A stretch of DNA of 64,000 nucleotides from Ruditapes philippinarum (lineage: Eukaryota): positions 1-64,000 of the forward strand of contig NW_026854858.1 in the NCBI RefSeq assembly GCF_026571515.1, written 5' to 3'. A program made the translations under genes and the position numbers. Numbering within the stretch: the first letter of the stretch is position 1; each line of letters opens with the position of its first letter. The notes under the pieces are model-generated. The model saw nothing but the letters and a program-made list of their open reading frames with translations, ran no database searches and had not been told where the DNA came from. Shown here piece after piece: positions 20,719 through 33,742 of this stretch.

Positions 20719-23215
20719 CTTGATAGACAATCTTTATCAATAACGTAATTTTGAGGATTTAAAAATAAATATTGTTCAATAAAACAAATCTAGTCAAATT
20801 TAGTTGTATAACTGTAGCAGGGTGAGACAGATGTAACATATGTAACTATCGAAAAGAAGTTTAAAAAAAACCTAAACAATTAAGTTCAAATAGAAATGAT
20901 TTCATCATAATTTTTATAATATACGAAAAAGTCAATAATGTTCTATCATTAATATATATTTGTTGTTTTATTATTACACTTTTCATTAATTAAAAATAGA
21001 TAAATACAGAATCCCTAAAGAAAGTCCAACACGACAAAATTGAAAATGTTGCAGGCTCGGTTTGATTGAGCCTGTTCAAGGACGGTACTGGAAAGTGCAA
21101 GTTACCGTCCACGCCCCCTAGCACCGGCTTAAGCAGAATTCAACATTTAAACATGAAATAGTAAAATTTTGAATTTAGAAACATCCGCAGATGTGTTCAT
21201 ACGGCGGTTATCATGGAACCTTCAATGTGACACAGTAGTGCCATTCCATGAAAAGCGGCGTATGGTCCCCAATTAAAAAAATGTGTGTGCCCTAAACGAG
21301 AAAACAATGGGCAGAACTAAATAAAATGGAATTTTGAAAGGGGATCAGAGGTTATGAAGCCTGCGTATCACAGATAAGACGTCAAAAGACAAATTTAAAA
21401 AGCAGGCAACATATCCTAAGGGTGATTCAACATTATTCAAGTCGGAATATTGGAACCACCCAACTAGAAAATGCCGAAAAATTGAAACTGAAAATACCAC
21501 AAGCACAACAATAATGTCGTGCCATAACTTTGAGCATCTTTCCTAAGGCCCAAGTACATTTCAGATGTCCAGAAAACAACAAAACAAAAACACCTAAGTA
21601 TTCCCAGAAATTTCCATTACAGTGTATGAAATGCGGCCCTAATAAACCTATTCCGTAATGCCTTATACAGTTAAACATAATTTCAAATTAAGTAGTAAAG
21701 TTATTCATTTATCACAGGCAAAGTGTTAAAGTGTTTATCATTTATCATATTAATATTTTTTGCATTTAAAATTGTCCATGCACATAAAAAACAGATGGAT
21801 AAAATGAGCTTATTTGCATATCTAACAGACGACACCAGTTTATTAACGAACCGACTTGTTCCGTTATACGAATACAAATTCAAATTTCATATCAAACATA
21901 TTGAACTAACCATTTAATTATTTCCATTCTGTACAATTTAAATAAATTGAGAAATAATAAGCACCTTTAAATTTATTTTACCTGCACAAACTGCCCCTAT
22001 CCCCAAAGACGCTTTCTGAAAGAAACCCCTGTCAGCGAGCGCTTTCTTTTCTACTGCCATGGTAACGTCCTTCATCGGTGTCTCACATCGTCGAAGTAAC
22101 CGCCATATTTGCTCAGTTTGAGTTATCACAGCTTTTGAATCAAATTTGTTTAAATGAAAGTTTTTACTATCTTTTAAATGCCTAATTATATCAATTTCTA
22201 GTTTAATAGTCAAGTCCTGAATTTCAGCAACGTTTGCTCGTAAATCTCGTAATCTGACCTTGACCCTGGGTGAAGTAACCACGACTGAGTCTACAGCAAC
22301 TTTACAAACGTCACTTGACGCAGAAAGAAACAACGTTTCTGATACAAGAGTAATGATGTGCCGGAAAAAGGATATAAGATAATATGGGCACTGGGAGTTC
22401 TTTTCGCGGTAAAACTGCTCCAGTTGTGAGACAAATTGATGAGATCGCAGGTAAAATTCCGTGTTTCCATGATAACTGCCGTCTAAAAAGTCTTGTATAT
22501 AGTCGTTCAGAAATTCGAGTACCGGGAGGTCGCCCTCAGCTAACTGAACCAGAAGTTTAATCCCTGAAAATTAACAAAAAAAACAATAAAGACCTTTGCT
22601 TCAAAATGACTATAGAGTACAGAAAGTGTCATCTGAGTAGCAATTTATTTCTCGTGTATATCCCTTAATATGTAAACACATTTAAAACGACTGTCCCAAT
22701 TTATATGACAACGTACGACAAGTAAAATAGGTGAATCTGTGTAAGTAAAATAAATATAACGATTTCGTGAAAACTACCGTTAACCGACTCGTTACATATG
22801 TTTATATTGTAATAAACATTGTGTATCATGCAATATGTGACGAGAATATCCAATAGTTGCATTTTTTCAGTTTCTGTGTATTTCACACAATCCAGACGGA
22901 TTTTTGTCAATAACGTTTATCGGCGGAACTCGTCTTCTGCTTAACACCCGTGTCTTAAGTCAATAATCCGAAACATATTCTTGTAAATAAGGACATGACT
23001 GAATTGGGTTAATACAATTGAAATTTGGGTACATTATCAAAAGACATAAAGTAATTTATGCCTGTCTTTGCAAACTTATAGATAAACATTAGATCTCTGT
23101 ATAAATTAAAACAAAAATAAATGTATATACCATTGTGTGTTTTCTCCTCCGATGTTGGCGAATCGTTTAAATCCTGCTCACTTTTACTTCTTTTAAGTGA
23201 CACAAATTTTGCCAT
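20432..23215 (-). CDS. Uncharacterised 317-aa alpha-helical protein with C-proximal hydrophobic hairpin (3 exons)
   Basis: Exons 23215-23131, 22563-21982, 20718-20432. GT-AG introns are both phase 1 and join track ORFs 23009-23215, 21938-22333 and 20432-20740 into one 954-nt frame. The 582-nt middle exon is stop-free in AT-rich DNA. Two hydrophobic segments: SLGIGAVCAGYVVLYAVYL and LINAALWSVGTGVSGAVLQI. The exon 3 acceptor is the less common AAG. Confidence 0.78.
21982..22563 (-). CDS. Exon 2 of uncharacterised helical protein
   Basis: Acceptor ttttcag|GG, donor G|gtaaaa; GIKLLVQLAEGDLPVLEFLNDYIQDFLDG...KASLGIGAVCA. Confidence 0.8.
23131..23215 (-). CDS. Exon 1 of uncharacterised helical protein
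   Basis: MAKFVSLKRSKSEQDLNDSPTSEEKTHN, donor G|gtatat; phase matches exon 2. Confidence 0.65.
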
Positions 23216-24395
23216 CTGCTGTTACAACTAATAATACAATATCCTTAACATTTTGCTTGTTCACCGATAAGGTATTGATGTTATCCAAGCGTAAGGTAAA
23301 CCGATTCTATTTATATCTGTAAATCCGGGTCATTTTATCGCTTTACTTACTGATACTATACACGCTTGTCAATTTCTCAAGGTGACACGGGATCATTATT
23401 TATTTGTCTGCTCACGTTTGTTTATTGTCCATAATTGGCAGACATAAGGTTACACAATAAAGGCTGTGTATGTACTAATTATGATAACACCTTGTTTGTA
23501 CCATTCCATGTCATTCCATTTATTATCTACATTTGTAAACGTAACAGTGACTTATACCAACGCACGTCCCTTTGTTTACATTAGAAACGGCATCATAATG
23601 TAAATATATCGAATAAAATATGGTTAAACCAAACGGCGAATACGTATAGTTTTCACTCGCGTGTTAAAGTATATTTAGATCGATCGCAAAGAGAATAATT
23701 TTATCTTATTTTATCTTATGTACGCAATAACAAAATCAAATGATTTTCATATGTTTTTAAACATAACAAAATATAAAAAGGAAAAAAAAATAATATAAAC
23801 ATTACAACAAAATAACAAAAACAAAACCGTTAAAAGTGTGGCGAGTGTATGTGGTGGAATTATAAAATTCAGGTTTTTTAGGTAATTAAAACATAATGAA
23901 TTAAATATACTGAGTGCATAGTACAATATCAATTTTTCACCTGAAACATTAAACAATGTTTATAACAAATAAACAATATGAGCAAATACAAGTCTTGTTC
24001 AATGGATATACGCAGCATCGGCAAGGGAGAGAACTGTGTTCCACATATTCATATTCTGTAAAAAGAAATTAAACCCCCTTGACCGATTTGTTAATGAAGT
24101 TGGTTTTATAAAATGATTTAATCTAATATTAAACATGATATTACAGTCTACAAGTTGCTGTATTTCTATATATCATTTTCCAACCCATGAAAACTGCATA
24201 CTGTTAACATAGCGCAAAAAAGATAAAAAAAAAACAACAACAAGAACTACGATGTATCATTACAAAAAGATACTCGACCAAAGTAAAACCGGTTACATTG
24301 CATATGTTAGTTATTTGTTTTCCATATACATGTATGTGTGTCTAAACAAACCTGTCGTGTTTCGGTACGTAAAATCAATTTTACGCAATCAGTAA

Positions 24396-27355
24396 TGCGG
24401 CGTTCACACAGTGCCGATTACGGCTCCCGTTGGAGATCAGACAGCGCTACGACACGAAAAGCAAAAAAGTCGGATAACTATCCTCATTGATCTGGAATGT
24501 CCTATCATTGTCTAAACGCAGTCGTATATGTTCGTAACAGAGTCCTACGGATCGGGACTGGTCCGCAGAGGTCTGCCAAGCACTCCCGACAGTTAGGTGC
24601 GTCCCGTAATATTCGGGAAACACAGCCGATTTTGTCTAGTCGGATCATAATCGTGACTAGTCGGATTACAATCGTGACTATGTCGTGACAGATTCTGCTG
24701 TATCGGATCAAAATCGTAACAATGTCATGTGTTGTCTGGTCAGTGTCCGGTGGAACGGGCATGACCTGGAGAAATTTTGCATTGTCGTTTCTTGTTCATT
24801 GAGTCCAGATTCATCCAGATCTTGCCGAATGCGAACCGTCTTTGCCGAATCCGTTCCGGAAATGTTCAGTAATTAATACGAAATTCGGCAATAATACCCA
24901 CGTCAGAGTCACGACAATTACAGAACACGATACGACTGAGTCCAGACAAAGGCATGTGCAATGCGGTACAGCAGACTGTAATAGGATTGCGTTCCGGCAG
25001 TGTCCCGATCATCCTGAATATGGCGACAGTTGTAGGATTCCAGATGCGCGGATGACCAGATTCGGCTGAGCTGCTCACGTATGGAGTATATATATAACAT
25101 GTGTTTGTGTGTGTGTGTCATTCATTGACAGTACTTTGACCGGTCCACCATGAATGTTGTTCGTAGACGGAGACTTCTGCAGCAGGTTGCTCTCATGGAA
25201 ACGGTAGAAAAAGAAGATACTGGGTCATACCTGGATATACAGAAGGGAGCAGCTCGGCCAGTATGGCACATTGATGAGGGAGCTGAGAGAAGAAGATCCA
25301 TAAGCTTTCATCAACTACATGAGGCTGCCTATGGAACTATACGATGAAGTCCTGGCTCGGATCACACCCCGCATCACCAAACAAGATACCTGGTGGAGGC
25401 AAGCCCTTGATCCAGGACTGAAGTTTGCCTGTACCATGTGGCATCTGGCATCCGGTGACAGTTACAGCAGCATAAAGTGGGACTTCAGGGTTCCCAGTAA
25501 CACCATGTCAATGTTTGTCCCTGAAGTCTGCCAAGCTATCATTGATGAGTACGCTGCAGAGGTAATCGCCTGCTCCACTTCCCCAGCGGAGTGGAAAGAA
25601 ATCGCAAATGAATTTCTCCGCAGATGGAACTTCCCACATGTGGTGTGTGCGGTGCATTGGACGGAAAGCACGTTGCGTGCAAGTGCCCACTAAATACCGG
25701 ATCTACCTACCATAACTATGATGGCTTCTTCTCCGTAGTCCCGATGACCCTCGTAGATGCGGACTATAAATTTATTTGGCTTGATGTTGGGCCAGATGGA
25801 GCAGCTTCAGACGCACAAATATACAACGAGTGTGAGCTGAAAGAAGTCCTCCAGAACAAGACCATTGGCTTTCCTGATCATGAGCCACTTCCTAGAGATG
25901 CGAAATATGCCATACTTCTTTGTTTCTGAAAATGCCTTTCAACTGAGAACTGACTTGATGAAGCCTTTTTCCCTTTCCGTAACTGAAAGTAGAAGAAAGG
26001 ATCTTTAACTACAGGCTGTCAAGAGCACGCAGAGTTGTGGAAAATGCGTTTGGCATCTTGGCTCAGAGATTTCAAATACAGTTGTCAACCATGCAACACA
26101 CTCCTGACAATGTGAGAATCATCTTACAGGCTTGTGTCTCTTTCAACAACTTAATGAGAATACGCTACCCAAACATGAACATCAACCAGGTTGATCGTGA
26201 AGATGTCGAGGACGTAAGGATCGTACCCGGAGAATGGAGACTGGGCCGAAACATGTTTGACGTTGTCAATGTTCAGAGTGCTAACCGTGCAACAATACAG
26301 GGCAAAAAAGCAGAGACAATATCTCAAACATTATCTTAACTCTGCCGCTGGATCTGTACCTTGGCAGATGAGGATTGTCAACCCTCGCCGTGAAGGAAGA
26401 CCATATAATAAAATGACAGAACTCTGTGCTATTATTTGTCACATCTTGTATGTATCATTGGCTTTTAAATATAACAGCGGAGTTTAAGCTGTGGCATTAC
26501 TTGTGTAGCAAAATAAAATATTGTTTAATGTTAATTGAAATCTATTTTATTTATGAAAGTGTTAACTCCTAGTTTGGACTAATTTATAATTTAAGGCCAC
26601 TTGTTTGGCAAAAGGTTAAAGTTAAAATTTAATAGGTTTAATAAAGTTTAAAAGATAAAATTTCATACAATAATAAACAAGAAAACACAATATATTTTTT
26701 TATCTTGAACAATGTTTATGTCTGATCAATATGTTATAACATTCAATAATAAGAGGTAACATTTTTTCTGTAATCTTAACACAGATTATTTCAAATCTTA
26801 CAAATGTTCTGCAATCATTATACAGATAATAGAGATTACTTTTGAATTATACAAGTTTGCTGTACTATAAATACAGCATATTAGCAAGCAGTTTAAAAAT
26901 TAAATTCATAATTAAAATTAGACAAGTTGAAATTCTTATAGGACGGGACCATCACGGGACTATCACGTGAAACGGTTTTCTAACGGATGTCTTCCGTCAG
27001 AGTCGGTTCATTGTCTCGTGACTGTCTGATCTCTGTCGGATCGCATTCGGGAGTATCGGGACGCTGCCGGGACAGAATCGATCGTTCTTAACCATGACAA
27101 AGATACAAATCGGATCAGATTTGGATTGAGAACGGGATAATCGGGACGAATTCTGCTGGAAACGGTTGGACCGGGAAGCCTATTGAACAATATCTGATTG
27201 TTATCGTGATTAAATAAATGTTTTTTATAAATTTTGATAAAAGTTTGAATTTCCAGTCACGAATCACAGGATCTTGATCAGACTTTTGACACATTTTAAT
27301 CGGGAATGGTCCTATCAAGGACGGCAGTAAAAATTATGAATGTGTGACTTAGGCA
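24396..27355 (+). mobile_element. PIF/Harbinger DNA transposon, defective
   Basis: TAA at 24393-95 and 27356-58 (the typical Harbinger TSD). Imperfect TIRs TGCGGCGTTCACACA / TGCCTAAGTCACACA (reverse complement of right end). GC-richer subterminal regions with ATCGTGAC/TCGGATC motifs; internal DDE transposase remnants. Confidence 0.85.
25150..26400 (+). pseudogene. Harbinger (HARBI1-like, DDE_Tnp_4) transposase pseudogene, multiple frameshifts
   Basis: Motifs spread over several frames: YMRLPMELYDEVL, WHLASGDSYSSI, RWNFPH, CGALDGKHV, YHNYDGFFSVV...VDADYKFIWLDVG, SDAQIY, FNYRLSRARRVVENAFGILAQRF. Confidence 0.9.
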
Positions 27356-28339
27356 TAAGGCATTTTTTTTTAAAAAAAAATACTTGTTTAATATGCAAAA
27401 ATATATAAAAATATAAACATTGTATCAATTGAACACTTCAATAATCATATAATATAATAAACATTTATTGAATATCATAAAATAAGGGTACCTGATCAGT
27501 TCTGACATTATTTTCGATATTTTGGTCAAATTTTGAATGGTTTTATGGCCCTTATATCATTTGCCAAGCTATGAGGCTTTTTGTATATAGGGTTATATTG
27601 TAAATACCCTTTTATGCAGGACCAATGAAATTTGTCAGCAAACTTCAATTTATTAGAGGAAAACATGATAATACTTCATAATTTCACAGAAGCCGTGCAC
27701 ATGTGTATAGTTTATCCAATGAAAGCGACGGAACAAAGGTATAATATTATAAAATTGTATATACGGATAGGATATAAGTAGATAAATATATTTTAGTATT
27801 CTATATATTATGACAGTCTGAGTATACAACTGATGCGTAGCTGTATGATATAGATTGAAAACTGTGCAATATGCTATATGTGATAAGGTGTGCATGACTA
27901 AGTGCCAAAATATGAATGAAAACATCATATAAAACTGCGAGTATATGCTTTAAATGTATTCTATAAGGAATTTATACCTCCCATTTTCATTCATCGAAAA
28001 GAAAGTATCTTTTGGCTATCTCACTTTTTATAGTGCATACGTTGGAACAAAGCTGTACTTCAATTTGCGAATTTATTTCAAAATGTCATTCAATTGTCTG
28101 TCAGTGAGTATAAAATGTAAAAAGATGAAATCTCATTTTGAATTAAAGCGATAAAAGGAGGTTTGATTTCAATATATCCGTGAATGATGCCGACTTTAAT
28201 GCGTATTTGTCTCATAAAACAAAATGAAAATTTAAGCAAGACTGTCTGTCGAAACATTTTGCAAAGAGAGACGCTACTGCTATGTGTCACCAATGACATA
28301 ATGTGGTTGTCTTACTTAAAAATCCTTTCTCCCCTACCA

Positions 28340-28485
28340 CACAAAAACAGAAAAAGAATCTCAAAAAAAGAGAGAATAAATACAAGAAACAAACAAACAA
28401 ACAAACAAACAAACAAACAAACAAAGACACTAGAAAGAAAAGCAAAGAAACAAAGAAAGAACAAAAAAGAAGGAAAGAATAGAAA
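28340..28485 (+). repeat. (AAAC)n microsatellite and A/G-rich low-complexity tract
   Basis: Directly visible; abuts the assembly gap. Confidence 0.9.
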
Positions 28486-28613
28486 NNNNNNNNNNNNNNN
28501 NNNNNNNNNNNNNNNNNNNNNNNNNNNNNNNNNNNNNNNNNNNNNNNNNNNNNNNNNNNNNNNNNNNNNNNNNNNNNNNNNNNNNNNNNNNNNNNNNNNN
28601 NNNNNNNNNNNNN
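28486..28613. other. Assembly gap (128 N)
   Basis: Run of n. Confidence 0.99.
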
Positions 28614-31600
28614 GACATAACATGTTTTTATTTGACATGGAATTAAACTAGGGACATTTAAGTTATTGTTGTAAGACAGACTTCTGTACCCTTTCTTGAA
28701 AGAAAAATTTCACAAAAAATACATGTCCCAGGTAAAGCCATTTATTAGAATATAAAAAATGTATAAGAAATTTTATCTTATTATAAGGATAAAATAAAAC
28801 ATCAAACTTCATAAGAAACAATTTATTCTAGTATTTTATGAACTTTTGAATCGAGTTTATTTGAAATACTTTGGCATTGAAACATTAACACACTTTGGAA
28901 AAACATTTCTGTTTGCCAGCTTTGTTGAAAGCATATGGAATAATGAATACATGTAAGAGATGCATTGTTGAAAGCCGATACTCTATAGCCAATTTGATAT
29001 ATTATATAATTATGTGCTATTGTGAATTCTTCAACGGTAGTCATCATGCTTGATTTATACTGGACATGAAAGTGTTTAACCTGTGTATTGTGAGTTCATT
29101 AACAGAGCAAGGGTTAGAATTCCAACTAAATTTGACAACCAATACTTAACGAATTAATATATCATTCGCCCTGCCATGGGGTGAATAACAGAGCAAAGGT
29201 CAAATTACAGATTTACCTTTTAGCAACAAATCTTTTATTTACACAGTGAATGTTTTTTTTTAATATTGTTCAGTGATACTTTTTAAGGATTTTATATCAA
29301 TGTTGACTTAATATCTATAACATATTGCATAATAAAGAAAAACGGAATTAAAAAAAGTCTCGAATAAAAATGAAGTTTCATTAACTTAATTGTCATTCTA
29401 GAGCGATATTGCAAATTTAAAAGTACAATTTGTTGAAGCCGCAAACGATGATAGTGTTAAAAAACAAGTTTCAATTTATATTATTATAGGTTGTCTTATT
29501 TTCAACATGTAATTCTTTTCCACAGACAAATCCATTTCCGTCAACAGCCGAGTTATGTCATTGGATATTTAACTCACAGAATGTACTAACCATGTTTGTT
29601 GTTATTGAAACGATAGAGTTTGAATTTTCAATTTACTGATAAGATACCAGTAATATTGAAACTACTAAGTTGTTGTTACTACCATTTTCATTTCATTTTT
29701 CATGTACTTCTGTTTTATCAGAATGGTTGGTACCTTAGTCCTAATACTTCCTGTCATTTTTGTTTTTGTTTTTCTTTTTTAATCCATTTTATCAAGTAAC
29801 TAATGTATTTTTGCAATAATGTATAAATGTGTGTTGCATAACGATGTCCGGCTTTGTTCTTTATTTGATCGATTTTTGATTGTGCATTGGTTTATGAAGT
29901 AAGTTAAATAATTAACGCGTTCCTGCATTGGGTGGTATTTACAATGTGCGTGTGCCAATAGGCACATAATAGGTTTTAATTTTCTGACTAATTATTTGAA
30001 TACGTACCTCACCCCCGTTGATTACAATAAAGAATATATGACAATAATAATTGATTATTTGATATATATCATATTACATATAATCATGTTTATTTCCCAT
30101 ACCCAACATGTAATATTTTAGTATATAAATTCATTTCAATATAACGTCACTTTAACTTGAGTAATTTTCATTTAATTTTGTTGTGATAAATGCTATCGAG
30201 GGATCATTTTGTTTCCAGATTTTACTAGCTGAATGCCATAAATTCAACCAAAATTAATTATGTAAATTAAATAACGATAAGACATGGAATTCAGGCAATT
30301 TTCTTCTTTTTTTACTTACTTATATCAGTTATATAATAATTATATTCATTGATGGTTATTCAACCCTTCTAGACTTTTATTCAGGAATTAATTAAATGTA
30401 AAAATTCAAACAATTTTATTACAACAACTAAACCATTAATATGGCTTCCTTCATACTACGTAACGAAGCATAATCACCATGTTCAAAAAACAAAGCAATT
30501 GAGTACTGGATACTTGTGTTAAATCCATCCGTAAAGTACTTTTGATTTATCTCACTTAGGATAAAACTATAAACCAGATGCCACAGCCCTAGTCATTCTT
30601 GACAAAGAAATCAAATTCTGGGCAATGAATTTCAATATTTTTTGTAAAATTATTCATAGAATATTCAATATAGATATAACATGCTATATCTGTGTGAATC
30701 GGTATTGCAAGGAGTGACCTCGATTTTGATTTAATTTAAATTCCGACGAACCATCTATTTGAACTAAAACATTGAAGACATGGTGATGATCGATGACTCT
30801 AGATATAGATAGAAAATTAGACCATACGATTATAACACGCTAATTGTATCTCAATTTATTGCAATTTATTTCAATGCAATATCTGTATTTCCGGCCACGA
30901 TTGTACGATATACTAATAATTACAGTGCAAATATAAGGAAAAACAAAAAAGAGTATATTTTAACAATGATTTTAATATCAAGATGTGCGAGAGAAAGAAA
31001 TGATCAAGATCAAGAAGACATGATTGTTTTACTTTTTAAATATATACATAGAATCATGGCGGCTGGGGATTGTAAAATCTTTTCATAAAACACTTCTCAT
31101 AACGTTTCTTTGATGTTTATGATGTCAAATAAAATAATAAGCAAATTATGTATTGTTGTTCAAGAACTTTTGACAACTTCACATGAACATAAGTAATTGA
31201 CAACAAAGTGCCGTACCATATCCTTGTAGAAATAGCAACTTGCCAACATATTAAACATACTTCACACACATATAAAAATTAAAAAAAAACAATTGACGGT
31301 TTTTATTTCTATCTTAGCACAATATCATAATTTTGTTTTCTAGAGCAGTGATAAGTTTAAACCGCTATAAAATAACTATAATAATTATGTTACTTAGTTG
31401 CTATCATTTCTTTTATCTGGGTAGTCATCATTGGGGGATATTGTTATTACGGAAGTCAAAGAAAATAACCAATGGTTTCGTGAGGTCGTTTACAGTTCAA
31501 GGGTAAGGATAGAAATAAATTTGACCGATTTAAATACGCTGCTAATTAGCAGCTGTAAAATTAATCTGAATGTAACGATTTATGTTTTTAAAAACCCGTC

Positions 31601-32745
31601 ATTTTTCTCCATGTTACATTTAGATAAATTCATTATCAACCGGAACCAATTGCCTATGTTTGTGACGTTTTAAACGTGTTATTGGTACGTAAATTGACAA
31701 AATACATAGAGAAATGATAAGCTGTTTTTATTATTATTAAATGTTATCACTTTTACATATTCATCAGAAGGTAAAAAAAAACCGATAAAATTATATTTTA
31801 TTTTGTGACATAAACTTTACTATTGAAACAGTTATATCATTTACTTATACTTACATGTATATAATCCTTTACTCAGCAAGACCTTACAACACTCATTAAA
31901 AGGACAATACAAACTTTTTTTCAAACAAGTAAATAACTAAACCCTTCAAATCATTTCCTATCTACTACGATGTATATAATTAGATAATGATTTCTGTAAT
32001 TGTTCAGAAATAGCAACTACATTATTACTAGATCTTTATGGTTTATTCCACGTAAAGTACATTTTTTTGAGTATATAAAATCTCAATGTTCAAATCTCAA
32101 AACGTTAAATCTCTACGGGTAACAAAAACGGATACATATGAACAGGAATAAAAAGTAAATGTTTAAAGAACTACACAATGACAGGGTTGAAATCGATATT
32201 GTGAATTTAAACGTTTATCTTCACGTTGCATGAGGATGATTTTGTGCATACAAAATACAAAAAACAACCCCCCAAAACACACACAATTTTTTTTAAATGC
32301 ATAGACTTTTCTTGAATTTTCAACCATCATGATATTTATTTCATCATATATAGTGTAGATTTATTAAGAATGTAAATATCAGTAAATGTAAATGGAGGCA
32401 ACATCGGTTTATGTTTGCTGCAGCTAGTGAAAGAATATCTTATTGCTATGTAATCATTCGTTTGACTGTTTTTTGCGATGGAACTTTGCATATCGATAAT
32501 TTCATCTTTGAATAATTTTATGATTTTAATAATTTTATTCAAAATGCGAAGAGGAGATTAATTATTCCTTTCAAAAGGTTATTTAGGAATATATATTTCT
32601 ATGAATAAAGGTTTTTTAGGTCTTACATAGTTCATGGTATATTAAATGTAAATGAATTCAAACATATAAACATAAAAACAGTTTCATCATTATAGCGACT
32701 CAACAGTGTTGATAGCATTTCCCATTTAGGTTTTTTTAAAACAAA

Positions 32746-32940
32746 ATCCGCGCAGTCTGATCAGGATCCCTGTTGTTCGCTTACAAACCCTATTACAAGT
32801 CGAGAAACTTATAGCGAACAACATGTATCCTGATCAGACTGCGCGGATGCGCAAGACTGCGCGGATGTGCAGACTGGTTTGGATCCATGCTGGTCGCAAA
32901 CGCATTATGTTTTGCATAGGTTTTTGTCATGACGCGGCTC
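32746..32940. mobile_element. Left-truncated copy of the same GAGCCGCG MITE
   Basis: ATCCGCGCAGTCTGATCAGG...GCTGGTCGCAAACGCATTATG...GTCATGACGCGGCTC|ATAT. Confidence 0.8.
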
Positions 32941-33742
32941 ATATAATATTTTATATCGACGTACTTGATGTAGGAATATCAAACAAAACGTTATAATACA
33001 AGATTCAGTAGTTTACTGTCATTATAGTGTCGTAAACGGATACTTTACAGCCAAATAATAACATTATACACGTGTATAGCATTATTTGTGTAATCCCATT
33101 AATTGTTTTATTATAGTCATTAAGCTTGATTTACCAAGGAAAGCAGAGCGCAATAAATGTATACCCTGTGATGCTGTTGGGTCAATTCCAGAGCAAGGGT
33201 AAGAATAGAAATTAAATTTGACGACTCACACTTCTAACATATTTTATTTAAGACCTATATTTGACCTTTGAATATAGTAATACAAGCACCACACAGGCGG
33301 GGCAATATACACCCAATCAACCGCGATTTACATGTACATAATAAAAGGATGTAAAATTACAGTTTTTATGCGTGTTACTGTCAAAATATTTGCACAAATG
33401 GTAAACAAATATCGTATCCTGTCTGTTCACTTACGGGAATGGGAAAGCATATACTCGTATATCTTACTTTATACGTAATTGTTTGATAATATTGTAAGGT
33501 AGATCTTTGTCGTTCAGACGTTTGTAATTCATCAAACAAGTAAAAGAAACATTGTACATAATATCAGCGATAAAAAAAGAAGCGCTGCTCCAAGTCATAG
33601 AGAACAGGTGACCTGCAGTTTGAAAGTTTAATGTGGCCAAAAATACAATTCGAAATATATGAAGAACTTTTACTCGAGGATTTAATCATAAAGTTGGTTT
33701 TCATAACTGTTAACACGGATAAAACTCGAAATTTAATTGATA

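Noticed and set aside
20508-20748. Plus-strand ORFs 20508-20717 and 20542-20748
   Set aside because: Antisense shadows of the real minus-strand exon.
24497-25121. Cluster of overlapping short ORFs, possible Harbinger Myb/SANT gene
   Set aside because: GC-rich subterminal repeats lacking stops; no Trp-spaced Myb/MADF motif seen.
28184-28651. 155-aa and overlapping ORFs
   Set aside because: Artefacts of the microsatellite and the N gap.
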